A stretch of 64,000 nt of DNA from Hemiscyllium ocellatum (taxonomy: Eukaryota), in assembly GCF_020745735.1 (NCBI RefSeq), contig NC_083409.1, positions 9,475,534 to 9,539,533 on the forward strand, in the 5' to 3' direction. Within the stretch, counting starts at the first letter, position 1, and each line of letters opens with the position of its first letter. The translations under genes and the position numbers were made by a program. The notes under the pieces are model-generated. The model had not been told where the DNA came from. It was given only the letters and a program-made list of their open reading frames with translations, and searched no databases. Shown here one piece after another: positions 37,512 to 48,339 of the stretch.

Positions 37512-38466
37512 TTATAGGTTAGATTAGTAGAAAGTTGAGTTTTTTTTTCTTTCTTTTTTCGTTTCTTTTTTTTCTTTTTTGGTTTTCTTTCTTTCTTTTT
37601 TCTTTGTTAAATTATGACTATTGTATATATGATTTAATTGTACATCAATGTTTGTATTTGAGAGTTTTGTTTATTTTTGTAAATTTGCAAAAATGTTAAA
37701 TTTCAATAAAAATATCTACAAAAAAAAAGAAAGAATTCAGACCAAGAGACCACAGATTGAAAGCAATTGGGAAAAGTAACAAAAGTGAGATGGGGAACAA
37801 CATTTTTAGCCAGTGAGTGGTTAAGGTGTGGAATGCACTGCCTGAGAGTGTGGTGGAGGCAGCTTCAATTAAAACATTCTGAAGGGAATGAGAATGTTAG
37901 TTGAAAAGGAACAAAGTGCAGGGTGAGAGGGAGAAGAAAGGAGAATGACATTCAGTGAATTGCTCATTCAGAGGGGATGGGTGGAATGGCCTCCTTCTGC
38001 ACTGTAACAATTCTGTGATTGTGTGATTGAGCAGAGTAAAAGCTGGGGGAGGTGGGAGCTCGGTGTCTCACTGTGCTGCTGCTGCTGCTGTTGAGGTCAG
38101 TGAAATCAGAGACTGGGACAGGGAGCCAGAGCTCACATCAAAATCTGCCCATGTCCGTCACACTGAGACTGGCAGGAGGCTAGTCACTGATTTCACTCCA
38201 TGCTGCAGGAATGGGACCACAGGCTGAAAATGGACAGAGCTCCTCCACACAGTGAGTAAAACTGACTGACTTCTGTCTTGCTGCTTAAGCGGGGCAATGG
38301 AACTAAAGAGATACAGCTGGACACCCTGTTCGACACAGTGCTCCTCAATCAACCATTTCATTCACTGCAGCTCCCCACTAACACCTTCAACAATTCAGCA
38401 TTTGTGTTTTAGAAAGTGTATTTCAGTATTGACAGGGTTAATAATGGACAATTGGGGTTTACTTGC

Positions 38467-38501
38467 TCTGTCTGAGTTTAGTTCCTTAACCGAACGTGTA
38501 A
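38467..38501 (-). pseudogene. IGKJ: Ig light-chain J segment with in-frame stop
   Basis: T TAC ACG TTC GGT TAA GGA ACT AAA CTC AGA CAG A = YTFG*GTKLRQ, followed by GCAAGT at the donor position; abuts a 23-RSS. Confidence 0.9.
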
Positions 38502-38540
38502 CACAGTGAGAGCTCCCAGTGCAGAGGCTGTACAAAAACC
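38502..38540 (-). promoter_or_regulatory. J 23-RSS (consensus)
   Basis: On + strand: CACAGTG 38502-38508, 23-nt spacer, ACAAAAACC 38532-38540. Confidence 0.96.
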
Positions 38541-38984
38541 TCTGCTCTCTGCTTCCCCCTGTCACTCTCAACCTCTCCCTGTCTCTCTCTGTCTCTGTCT
38601 ATTCTTGGTCAATATCATTCACTCCCTACCCCTCTCTGTCTCTTCCTCATTCATGTGTCTTTCTCTCTCTGTCTCCCTGGGTTGTCTCCAGCTACTCTCA
38701 GGGGTTTATGAAATTTAGTTTTCATTGTTAAATCTTGCAGCTGTTCTTCACATGCGGTCATGGAGTGTAAGAGGGAAACTTGAGGCCTTCAGTGAGCGGT
38801 GGACACCACAGGGACTGGAGTGTGTCATGGACAGCGACAACCCCAGCATGGGGTAATTTGTTCAATTTACTTTATATATAACTGTGGACGTGTCAGTGCA
38901 GGAGGTGGGACTGTCTGTCCATTATTATACATTTCATATAACTGTTGGATGTGTCAGTACAGGAGGTGGTGTTGTGTGTGTTGA

Positions 38985-39012
38985 GGTTTTTGTATGGCTC
39001 TGTATCACTGTA
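38985..39012 (-). promoter_or_regulatory. V 12-RSS with non-consensus heptamer TACAGTG
   Basis: Gene strand: TACAGTG (39012-39006), 12-nt spacer, ACAAAAACC (38993-38985). Confidence 0.93.
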
Positions 39013-39308
39013 AAGGCTGCTGCTATACTGCTGACAGTAATAGTCAGCAACATCCTCATTCTGAACGTTGCTGATTTTCAGGGTGAAACTGGTCCCTGAT
39101 CCACTGCCGGTGAATCGATCGGAGACTCCTGTGAATCGATTTGTTGCATAATAGATCAGGAGAGAGGGTTTCTGACCTTCTCGCTGCTGGTACCAAGCAA
39201 GGTTGCTGCTAATGCTTTGACTGGTCATACAGGTGGTGGTTGCAGTCTGGCCCAGTCCCACTGACAGCACCGGGGAAGACTGGGTCATGATGATGTCCCC
39301 ACTGATAC
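39013..39308 (-). CDS. IGKV: Ig light-chain V exon, kappa (NS4)-like, unrearranged, open frame
   Basis: CCTCAG acceptor; (G)ISG|[95 protein letters not shown]. Confidence 0.95.
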
Positions 39309-39494
39309 CTGAGGGGTCAGAGAGAAACACAGTGAAGTCAGAACTGTCACAGAAAGGGCTGGTCAAATGAGAGATTGTTGGAGACACTGAGCATTCCTCT
39401 GGTTTCAGCATTTTCCCTTCAATCACAAGTCAGTGGAATTGGAGTGAAATGGAGAGCAGCTAAAGATTCAAGGCGGAAGGAGAGAGATTTGTAC

Positions 39495-39543
39495 CTGCGA
39501 CACAGAATGCCAGGGGCCAGATCAGCTGGATGTGTGAAATCAT
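39495..39543 (-). CDS. IGKV: Ig V leader exon
   Basis: ATG 39543-39541, MISHIQLIWPLAFCVA(G), GTAC donor at 39494; phase 1 matches the V exon. Confidence 0.9.
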
Positions 39544-39603
39544 GGTGTGTGCTCCTGTCCCTGTGCCTGGTTCCTGATAAACTCTCCCTTCACTGGGCTC
39601 TGC

Positions 39604-39657
39604 TTTATAAAGCTGCAGCCTGTGAGAGTCTGACTGGGTGTTCCTCAGTATGTAAAT
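39604..39657 (-). promoter_or_regulatory. V promoter: TATA-like box and variant octamer
   Basis: TTTATAAA 39604-39611; ATTTACAT (39657-39650 on gene strand) versus consensus ATTTGCAT, about 40 bp upstream of the TATA. Confidence 0.7.
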
Positions 39658-39999
39658 GGCATCAGGCAGAGAGAGCCACGTCCTCACACTTCCTCTTCTC
39701 TCTCTCTCCCTCTCTCAGAGAATCATTGATGTGAACAACATTGAATGAGGCCATTTGGCCCATTGTGTCTGTGTGAGTAAACAAAGTTCTGATGACACTA
39801 ATCCCATCCTCCAGCTCTTGGCCCATTACCCTGGAGGTTACAGCAACACAAGGGAATATCTAAACACTGCTCCAATGTCACGAGAGTTTGTGACTCAACC
39901 AGCCTTTCAGGCAGTGAATTCCAGACTCCCACCACCTTCTGGGTGAGAACATTTCTTCTCAACTCTCTTCTCACTCTCTAACTCTCCAACTCGCCTGGC

Positions 40000-40640
40000 C
40001 ATGGACTCACTCGAATTCAGAAGGATGAGAGGGAATCTGATTGAAATGTATAAAATTCTAACAGGGCTGGGCAGGGAGGAGGTTTCCCCTGGTTGGGAAG
40101 TCTGGAATCAGGGGACCCAGTCTCAGGGGGATACAGGGTAGACCATTTTCGACTAAGATGAGGAAACATTTCTTCACTCAAAGGGTAGGACAACTGTGGA
40201 ACCCAAGGAACTGAATAAATTCAAGAAAAAGAGAGCGATAATTGTTTTGCATTTTAGCAGCATGAAGGGAATGGGGAGAAAGCAGGAATATGGTTTTGAG
40301 ATGGAGGATCAGCCATGATCATACTGAATGACAGAGCAGACTCAAAGGGCCAAAAGGCCTACTCCAGTTCCGAGTTTCTATGTGTCCATGTCTGTGTTAC
40401 CTGGGACACAGGTTATTGAGTCCTTTACTGATATATAAAGTGCCTTCTTACCCACGGTATCACTGCCCCAAATAATCTTATCCCCCTCTATCATGTCCCC
40501 TCTCAGCCTTCACTGCTCCAAGGAAACAATCCCAACCTTTCCAAGATTTCCCCACAGCTGACCCTCCATCCCAGGCAGCATCTTGGTAAATCTCTGCACC
40601 CTCTCAAGTACAATCACATCCTTCCCAGAATGTGTTGACC
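40000..40640. mobile_element. CR1 3' fragments (about 40000-40390 +, about 40400-40640 -)
   Basis: GAATTCAGAAGGATGAGAGGGAATCTGATTGAAA...GATCAGCCATGATC...CCTACTCC tail, then a reverse-strand CR1 remnant. Confidence 0.65.
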
Positions 40641-40649
40641 AGGACCTAT

Positions 40650-41080
40650 CCACCTCTCTCTCTCTGTCTCACATCTGCCACTTCTTTCTCTCTATCCCTC
40701 TCTCTCCTACTGTTAATCTCTTTCATGTTCTCTCTCTCTCTCACTCTGTCTCATAACCACTCTCCCCAATTCACTCATGCTTTCTCACTCCATCTCATAA
40801 TCTTTATTTTTCCATCTCTCACTGTCTCCAAAACTCCTTCCCTCTCTCGCTTCAATTCAAATCCTCTGTTATCTCTCCTCTCTATACCTCCCTCTGTCTC
40901 TCTCCCTCCCTCTCTGTATTCCCAATCTACAGCCCCACTCCCTCCCTCTCTGTCATTCTGTTTCTAATCATACTCATGTCTCTCACTTTCTCTCTCCCTC
41001 TCTCTGTCACACACACACACACACACACGTACAGACACTCACCCATTGTCTCTGACTCACTTCTCTCTCTTTCTCACAGT
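40650..41080. repeat. CT-rich low-complexity tract with (CA)n at about 41007-41027
   Basis: Direct inspection. Confidence 0.8.
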
Positions 41081-41582
41081 GTCCCAGGTTGTGGCAGTTG
41101 AATTCAGGATGAATCTCCCTCTCTCTGCCCCACTCATGGATGTTAACCTTTGACCCCAGAAGCATGTTTTCTCCTGGAGTAAGGCCCCATTTTCTACATT
41201 GGCCTGGATTTGGCCTCTGTCAGAAAGATGGCTAGATTCTTGTCAAATGAAGGGCAGTTCTGTGCTGTTGGTCTATTCTCACTGGGGACTGGTTTGGACA
41301 CAAACCTCATTCCATGAAGGCCCAGCAGAGAGAGGAGATCCTCAGGCCATCAGTGTGAGCTGGAGGGACAGCACAGGCTCTGACCCACTGATCCAGCCTG
41401 TCCATTCATAACATTTTCCAATCCCTTCCCTTCTCCTATCCCTCTCCTTCCCTTTCCATGATCAGTCTCTGAGTCAGGGTGTTTTACTGGGATGTGGGTT
41501 GAACCATTACATAGTTACAACAGAAAGGAACTGAACCCCACACTCACCTTGGAGTCCGTGATGCACTGGACTCTCCTACAGA

Positions 41583-43095
41583 GTCCAGTAAACATGGCCT
41601 CCATCCTGCAGGAGCCTCCACTAGAGACCAGTAAACATGGATCTCCTTCTGACTGGATCCTCCAAGACAGATCAGTAAATATGGGCCTCCTAATCACTGG
41701 AACTTCCAATGGAGATGAGTAGATGGTTGAGTTTTTGAAGAAGGAAGCAAGAAGATAAGCAAAGATAGAGTAGTCCACTCTGTCTACATGGAGTTAATAC
41801 AAGGTTCCCTATAGTAGACTGCTCAGTAAGATTATATCACATAGGATCCAGGGAGAGCTCGCCAATTGGATATAAAATTGGCCTGATGATAGGAGGCTGA
41901 GGCTGGTGAGAGAGGGTTGTTCTTCAAACTGGAGGCCAGTGACCAACTGTCTGTCACAAGCATCGATCCTGGATCCACTGTTGTTCATCATTTATATGAA
42001 CAATTTGGATGAGAAAATAGAAGGAATGGTCAGTAAGTTTGTGGCTGACGTTAAATTTTTTTGGCATAGTGGACAGGGAAGAAGGTTTTCCAAGAGCGCA
42101 ATGTCATCTTGATCAACTGGGCCAGTGGGTCAACAAATCCAGATGGAAATTTTGATAAATGGAAGGAGTTGCATTTTGGTAAGACAAACCAGGGCAGGAA
42201 TTACACAATTAATGGTAGAGCCATGGGGAGTGTTGTTGAACAGAGAGACTGAGGGGTACAGGTACATAGTTCCTTGGAAGTGGTGTCACAGGTAGACAGG
42301 GTGGTGAAGAAGGTATTTGGCACACTCACCTTCACTGGTCAAAGCAGGAAGTACAGGAGCTGGGACATCATGTTACAGCTGTACAAGGCATTGGTAAGGC
42401 CACATTTGGACACAGTACATTTCCGCTCATCTTGGTATAGGAAGGAAGTTATGACAGTGGTTTGAATAAAAGAAAGATTAACAGGGATGTTATCAAGATT
42501 GGAGGATTTGAATTACAAGATGAGGATGAATAGGCCAAGATGTTTTTCCAGGGAATGCAGGAGATTGAGGGGTGACCTTATAGAGGTTGTAGAATCATGA
42601 GGGTCATAGATAAGGTGAATAGTCAAAGTCTTTTCCCCAGGGTAGGCGAATCCAGTATTAGAAGGAGTAGGCTTAAGTTGAGAGGGGAAAGAATTAGTAG
42701 GAAACTGAGAGGCAACATTTTCACACAGAGGTTTGTGTGTGTGTGTAATGAGCTGCCAGAATAATTCGTAGAGGTGAGTACAATTACTACATTTCAAGGA
42801 CATTTTTACATGAACATAAATAGGAAGGATTTAGAGAGAATTGGGCCAAACACATGCAAATGGGACTAGTTCAGTTTTGGATACTTGATCGGCATGGGTG
42901 AATTGAGCTGAACAGCCTGATCCCATGCTGTAAACCTCTATGACTCTTTGATGATGTATACATGGGACACTTTCCCATAGAACCAGTAAACATGGACCTC
43001 TTTCCACTGGAACCTCCAATAGACAACAATAAACAGGGACCTCCTTCCCACTGGATGCTCCAGAAGAGACCAGTAAACATGGCCTTCCTTCCCTC
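41583..43095. repeat. About 44-bp minisatellite (CCAGTAAACATGG core) in two blocks separated by a CR1
   Basis: Cores at 41585, 41628, 41672 and 42983, 43026, 43070. Confidence 0.8.
41760..42955 (+). mobile_element. 5'-truncated CR1
   Basis: ORFs 41906 (LSQASILDPLLF...KFVAD) and 42274 (LVRPHL). Confidence 0.8.
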
Positions 43096-43139
43096 GGGAC
43101 TGTCCAGCACCTGAGCTGCAAACCCCACATCCTCTCCAT

Positions 43140-43600
43140 CACGTATGTCTCTTATTTCAATCTCAACAACATTGTCTCTGCACTACCTCGGCCCCTTGAC
43201 AACAGAAACCCTAATTCCTGCTCGTCCTGCCCCCTAACTCTATGATTCCAATGTCCTCTCCCAGCTTCCTAAAGCCATATTCCATAAACTTCAACTTGTC
43301 TGAAATGGAGTGGGCCCTTTGCTGTCTTATCCATCTATCATTCCAGAATGAACCCTGACCTCACTGCCAGCCAATTGCCTCCATGGCCTCCCTCTTCTCT
43401 CACTCTATGTCCTGCTGCAGACTCACATTCCCTCCCTCCCCCTTCCATATTCTGTCTCTGGTCTCCTGTCCATTGCTGCTTGCTCCATCCCACCATTGAC
43501 AGCAGAGCCTTCAGACCCCTACAGCATGCTCTCTGACCTCCTGTCCTTCATCCCTCCTCCTGTCAATGGTTGTGCTATTGAATATACTGTTCAATCCCAT
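43140..43600 (+). mobile_element. L2 LINE 3' remnant
   Basis: Similar to 45540-45790 (TCCAATG...CTCCATAAACTTCAACT...AGCAGAGCCTTCAG). Confidence 0.5.
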
Positions 43601-44469
43601 CACTTTTGGTTCACTGTTCCCTTGCCATTGATTTGCTGAATTATTCCTCATCAGTAAATCTAGTCTGGCCAGTTCCCTGAGTTGGTTCAAGAGAGTTTTC
43701 CTTGAGAAAACACTCTTCTGTAAACTGGGTTGTCTGTTTCTCCCAGTCTTTGCGTAAAGATGAGTCTAAGTGTGTGTAAGCTCTTATACAGCACAGACAG
43801 AGTTCACTGGGCTGATTGTGACTGTTAGTCAAATGAGTCCAATGAGTCCCATTTCCCCAGCCCTTCCTGTATAACCCTGCAATTATTTCCTTTTCAGCTA
43901 TTTCTCCAAATGCCCTTTTGAAAGTTGCTGTTGAATCCACTTCCACTCACCTTGCAGACAGTCATCATGAACTCGCTGGATAACAAATGTTCCTATCTTC
44001 TCTCTTGTGCTTCAGACCCTTTCTGAAATGTGTGCCCTCTGGTTACTGACCCTCCTGCCTGGAGAAACAATTTGTCCTGTATTTACTGCATCCAGACTCT
44101 CTAATTGTGAACCCCTCATTGAGTGAGACCTATTTCCAGCACAGGGGGAGAACTTTCAGCCTGTCAGGTAAATGCTGTCATTTCATGGAGCTATCCAATC
44201 AGTCCCACCCCCTCCCCTACTCGACCCCCAGGGCCTTGCAGGTTTATTTCCATAAAGAGCCCATCCAATCTGCCATTGCAATCACTGAGTGTCTTCACCT
44301 GCCTCACCTGAATGGGCACTAATTTCCAAGTCATTACCAATTGCTGCTAGACACAAATTTCTTCCTGACATCCTGAATCTCTTGCCCAACAAAATGTAAG
44401 GTAACTTAAATGTGAAGATGGGATTTTGTCTCCACACGGACTGTGCGGTGGTCACTCTTACTGATACTG

Positions 44470-44900
44470 TCATGGACAGATACACCAGCAGCAGGCAGGT
44501 TGGTGAGGGTGATAGTGAGTATGTTTTTCCCTCTTGTTGGTTCCCTCACCACCTGCCCCAGGTCCAGTCTAGCAGCTGAATCAGGTGGAACTTGACCAGC
44601 TTGCTCACTAGTGATGCTTCTGAGCAGCTCTTGATGGTGGACTTTGAATTCCCTTACTCAGGGTATATCCTGCATCCTTCCCACCCTCAGTGCTCCCTCC
44701 AAGTGTTGTTCAACATGGAGGAGGACTGACTGCTCAGTTGAGGTTGGAGCGGAGGGCGGTGCTATGTGGTAATCAGCAGGAGGTTTCCTTCCCCATGTTT
44801 GACCTGCTGTCATGAGGCTTCATGGGTTCCATAGTTAATGGTGAGGACTCCCAGGGCAACTCCCTTCTGACTGTACACACCACTGTGTTGCTTCCCCTGC
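44470..44900 (-). mobile_element. L2/CR1-like LINE endonuclease-region remnant
   Basis: CAGCAGGAGGTTTCCTT.CCCATGTTTGACCTG...CATGAGGCTTCATGGG matches the recalled shark LINE family also seen at 59990. Confidence 0.45.
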
Positions 44901-45359
44901 TTGGTCTATCCTGGCAGTTAAAACTGAATGAGGGATCAATTCTGTGCAGGTTTCACAGCTTGGAGACAGAGCTGCTGCTGGATTCTGTTTCTGATCTCCG
45001 AGGGCAGGCGTGTGTGTTTGTGAGAGAGTGACTAACACTTTTTCCATTATTGTGCTGTTTCTGCAAATAAATCCCAGAACCAGCCTCCTGTGCTGTAAGA
45101 TTCCAGGGAGTACAGATGGTTCACAGTTTTCTCCCGTCTCAGTAACAAACATCCAGCTGCTCTGAGCTCCTTCTTTCACTTCCTCTCTTGGTGAAGTTTC
45201 AACCTTGCGATCTGACAATCTTTGCAGTTATTTTTTACACTGGGGCTTTCTGCTGTGGTCAGAATCTCTAATAATAAGTGTCCAATCAGTGACAATCACA
45301 GCAGCTAAGATAAGTCAGGACTGAGGAGCCCGGACTCACTGTGTAACATATTGGGAAGA

Positions 45360-45790
45360 TCAAAGCCATCCTCTTCATCTCCTGGTCCAAACTCTATCCC
45401 TCTCCCTGGGGGTCTCCTGCACAACCAGACTCTTTACAAACGTGGCCACATCTCTGAGAATGATCTGAGCCCCATATCCTCCATATTAAACACAGCAGCC
45501 ACTGAAAATCTCAGTCATGTCTGTGGGACTCCAAACATGACCATTCCAATGCTGTGCTCGCACACAGCACAGCAATCGCCCTCCATAACCTTCAATTCAT
45601 CCCAAATTCTGGTGCCTGTATCCAAACTTGCATCAAGTCCTGTTCCCCCAACCCCCTGCACCCTGTGTCTACATTGGCTCCTCTCCAGCAACTCAATGAT
45701 TTTCAAGTTCTCATCCTTGTTCGCAAATCCCTCTCTGCCCTCCACCCTCCCTATCTCTGTAACCTCCTCCAAGCTGCCTCAGTCAGTGTG
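45360..45790 (+). mobile_element. L2 LINE ORF2 C-terminal remnant
   Basis: ALHNLQFIPNSGA...LHW-like...KFSS/ILVRKSLSALHPPYLCNLLQ. Confidence 0.6.
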
Positions 45791-45949
45791 ATCAGCAATC
45801 TTGGATGTTTGGCTCTCTGTTTCTTCATCCAAGTCATTGAGAAATATCATAAAAAGCTGAGCTCCCAGCACAGATCCCTGGGGATACCACTATTCACATC
45901 TTCCTCACTGGAGGATGCACACACTATTCTTCCTCTCTGCCTCATACTA

Positions 45950-47045
45950 CCAAACTAATTCCTGACCAAAGACAAATACTTTTCTCTGATTGGCTTGATG
46001 GTAGGAAGCAGTGGGTAACAGTGGAAGGATGCTTGTCAGACTAGAGGCCTGTGTCGAGTGGAGTGCCTCAGGGCTCGGTCCTGTGTCCATTACTCTTTGC
46101 TATCTACATCAATCATTTGGATGAGAATCTGCAAGGCATGATTGGTAAGTTTGCCGATGACATTACAATAGACATTGAGGGAGGTTATCAGAAATTGCAG
46201 CAGGACCTTGATCAGCTGGAGAAATGGGCAGAGAAATGACAAAATGAGTTCAGAGAGATAATTGTGAGGTCTTGCACTTTAGGAAGTTTAATCGAGGTGG
46301 GAGTACCATGGTGAATGGTAAGGCCTTAAGGACTGTAGTGAAACAGAGAGATCTTGGAGTTCAGGTACACTGTTCTCTGGAAGTTGAGTCACAGTTCGAC
46401 AGGGCAGTGAGGAAGGCTTTTGACACACTGGCCTTCATCAGTCAGGGCATTGAGTATAGAAGTTGAGAAGTTATGTTACCATTGTACAGAACGTTGGTGA
46501 GGTCGCACTTTGAGTATTGGTCACCTTGTTATAGGAAGGACATAATTAAACTGGAACAAGTTCAGAGGAAATGTACAAGCATGTTGCCAGGACTCAACAG
46601 TCTGAGTTTTTGTGAGAAGTTGGACAAGCTAGGACTCTTTTTCGGAGAGTGTAGGAGACTGAGGGGTTTTTTTTAGAAGTGTATAAGACCTTGTGAGACA
46701 TGGATAGGGTGAATGCACTCAGTCTTTTTCCCAGGGTTGGGGAATTGAGGATGAGATGGGTTTTAGGTTAGAGGGGAAAGAATAAAAGGGAACCTGAGGG
46801 GCAACTTTTTACACAGACGGTGGCACACATATGGAATGAGCTGCCAGTGGAAGTGATTAAGGCAGGTATATTAACAACTTTAAAAAGGCATTTGGACAAA
46901 TACATGGATAGGAAAGGCTCCGAAGTATATGGGCCAAGTGCAGGGAAATGGGGTTAGGGTGGATGGACATTTTGGTCAGCATGGACCAGTGTGGACCAAA
47001 AAGCCTGTCTCTGTGCTGTAGGACTCGATGACTCTTTGACTCTAT
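45950..47045 (+). mobile_element. 5'-truncated CR1
   Basis: ORFs 46051 (SGVPQGSVLCPLLF...KFADD), 46272 and 46473. Confidence 0.85.
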
Positions 47046-47089
47046 AATTCCACATATTTCCATGTTTATGGACAGTCACTCAAACACAG

Positions 47090-48330
47090 AACAAAGGACC
47101 GAGCAGCAGGACTAGGCCATTCAGCCCTTCAAGTGGGGTCTGACATTAAATATGACCATGGCTGATCATTCAACTTAGTCCCCATTCCCACTTTTTTCCC
47201 ATAACCTTAATCCCTTTAGTCCTAAGTCCCTTTAGACCTATCTCCTTCTTGAAAACTTTTAATGTTTTAGTCTCAACCGCTTTCTGTGACAGAATATTCC
47301 ACGAGCTTCCCAGTCTCTGGCTAAAGAAATGTCTCCTCAGCTCAGTCTGAAATAACCTTTCCCTTTTCTTTAAACTGTAATTCCTGGTTCTGGATTCTCC
47401 AGTCATCAGGAACATCCTTCCTGTGTTTTTCCGGTCTTGTCCTGTTAGGATTTTAAAGGTTTCAGTGCGATTCCTCTTAATCTTCTAAACTCCAGTGAAT
47501 ATAGTCCTAATTGATCCAGTTTCTCATCAAATCTAAGTGCTGTCCTCCCAGGAATCAGTCTGGTAAACCTTTGCTGCCCTCCCTCCACAACCAGAACATC
47601 CTTCCTCAGATAAGGAGACCAAAACTGACACAATACAATCATAAAATCACACAGTATAGAAGAGGCCTTCAGCCCATTAACTATGTACCAGCCAAACTAC
47701 ACTAAACCTATACCAATCCCACTTTCCAACATGAGGCCCACAGCTAGAATGTTATGACATTTCAACTGCTCACCCAAGTACTTTTTAAAGTTTTTAAGGT
47801 TTCCCATGTCAACGACCCTCCCATTCTGTGCGTTCCAGACCCCCACCACCCTCTGGGTAAAAACATTTTCCTCAAAACATCTTGAAACCAACTTATTATT
47901 GACTCTCCCATGAAGGAGAACAGCTGCTTTCTCTCCTCCCTGTCCGTTCCCCTCATACCCTTATACACCTCTATCAGGTCCCCCTTCCACCTTCTCTGCT
48001 CTGAAGAAAACAACCCGAGCTGATCCAATTTCTCTTCATCACTGAAAGGTTCCATCCCACACAACATCCTGGTGATTCCCCTCTCCACCCCTTCCAGTGC
48101 AATCACATCCTTCCTATGGTGTGGTGATCTGAACTGCACACAGTACTCTAGCTGTGGCCTCACCAATGTTCTGCTTAACTGCAGCATACCTTCCTGCTTT
48201 TATAACCAATACCTGAAACGACCAAGGCAAGTGTCCCCTGTGCCTTCATAACTGCTCTGTTAACCTGTCTTGCCACATTCAGGGATCAGTGGACAAGTAC
48301 CCCAAGGTCACTCTGTTCCTTTGAGCTTTT
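47090..48330 (-). mobile_element. Two or more CR1 3' fragments
   Basis: ORFs 47170, 47445 and 47762 (LVRPQLEYCVQF). Confidence 0.8.
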
Positions 48331-48339
48331 TCAGGTCCA

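Larger units (their letters stand above)
31909..37726 (+). mobile_element. Young full-length L1-clade LINE
   Basis: Perfect 14-bp TSD AAGAAAGAATTCAG (31895-31908, 37727-37740); TT|AAGAAA target; G-rich 5' end; ORF1; 628-bp spacer; ORF2; AATAAA 37705-37710 and short A tail. Confidence 0.96.
31720..38010 (+). mobile_element. CR1 3' fragment (31720-31908 and 37741-38010) that hosts the L1 insertion
   Basis: Removing 31909-37740 restores a continuous CR1 3' sequence (...AAAATGTTCCCAATTAAGAAAGAATTCAG|ACCAAGAGACCACAGATT...). Confidence 0.75.

Noticed and set aside
38248-38340. Extra CACAGTG heptamers (38248, 38334) as additional J segments
   Set aside because: No nonamer at 12 or 23 nt. The EQGVQL frame next to 38334 is only vaguely J-like and would be too short.
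44835-45300. Minus-strand 127-aa ORF with nearby CCAAT (about 45283) as a host-gene exon
   Set aside because: No recognisable domain or splice structure; flanked by LINE debris; unsupported without RNA data.
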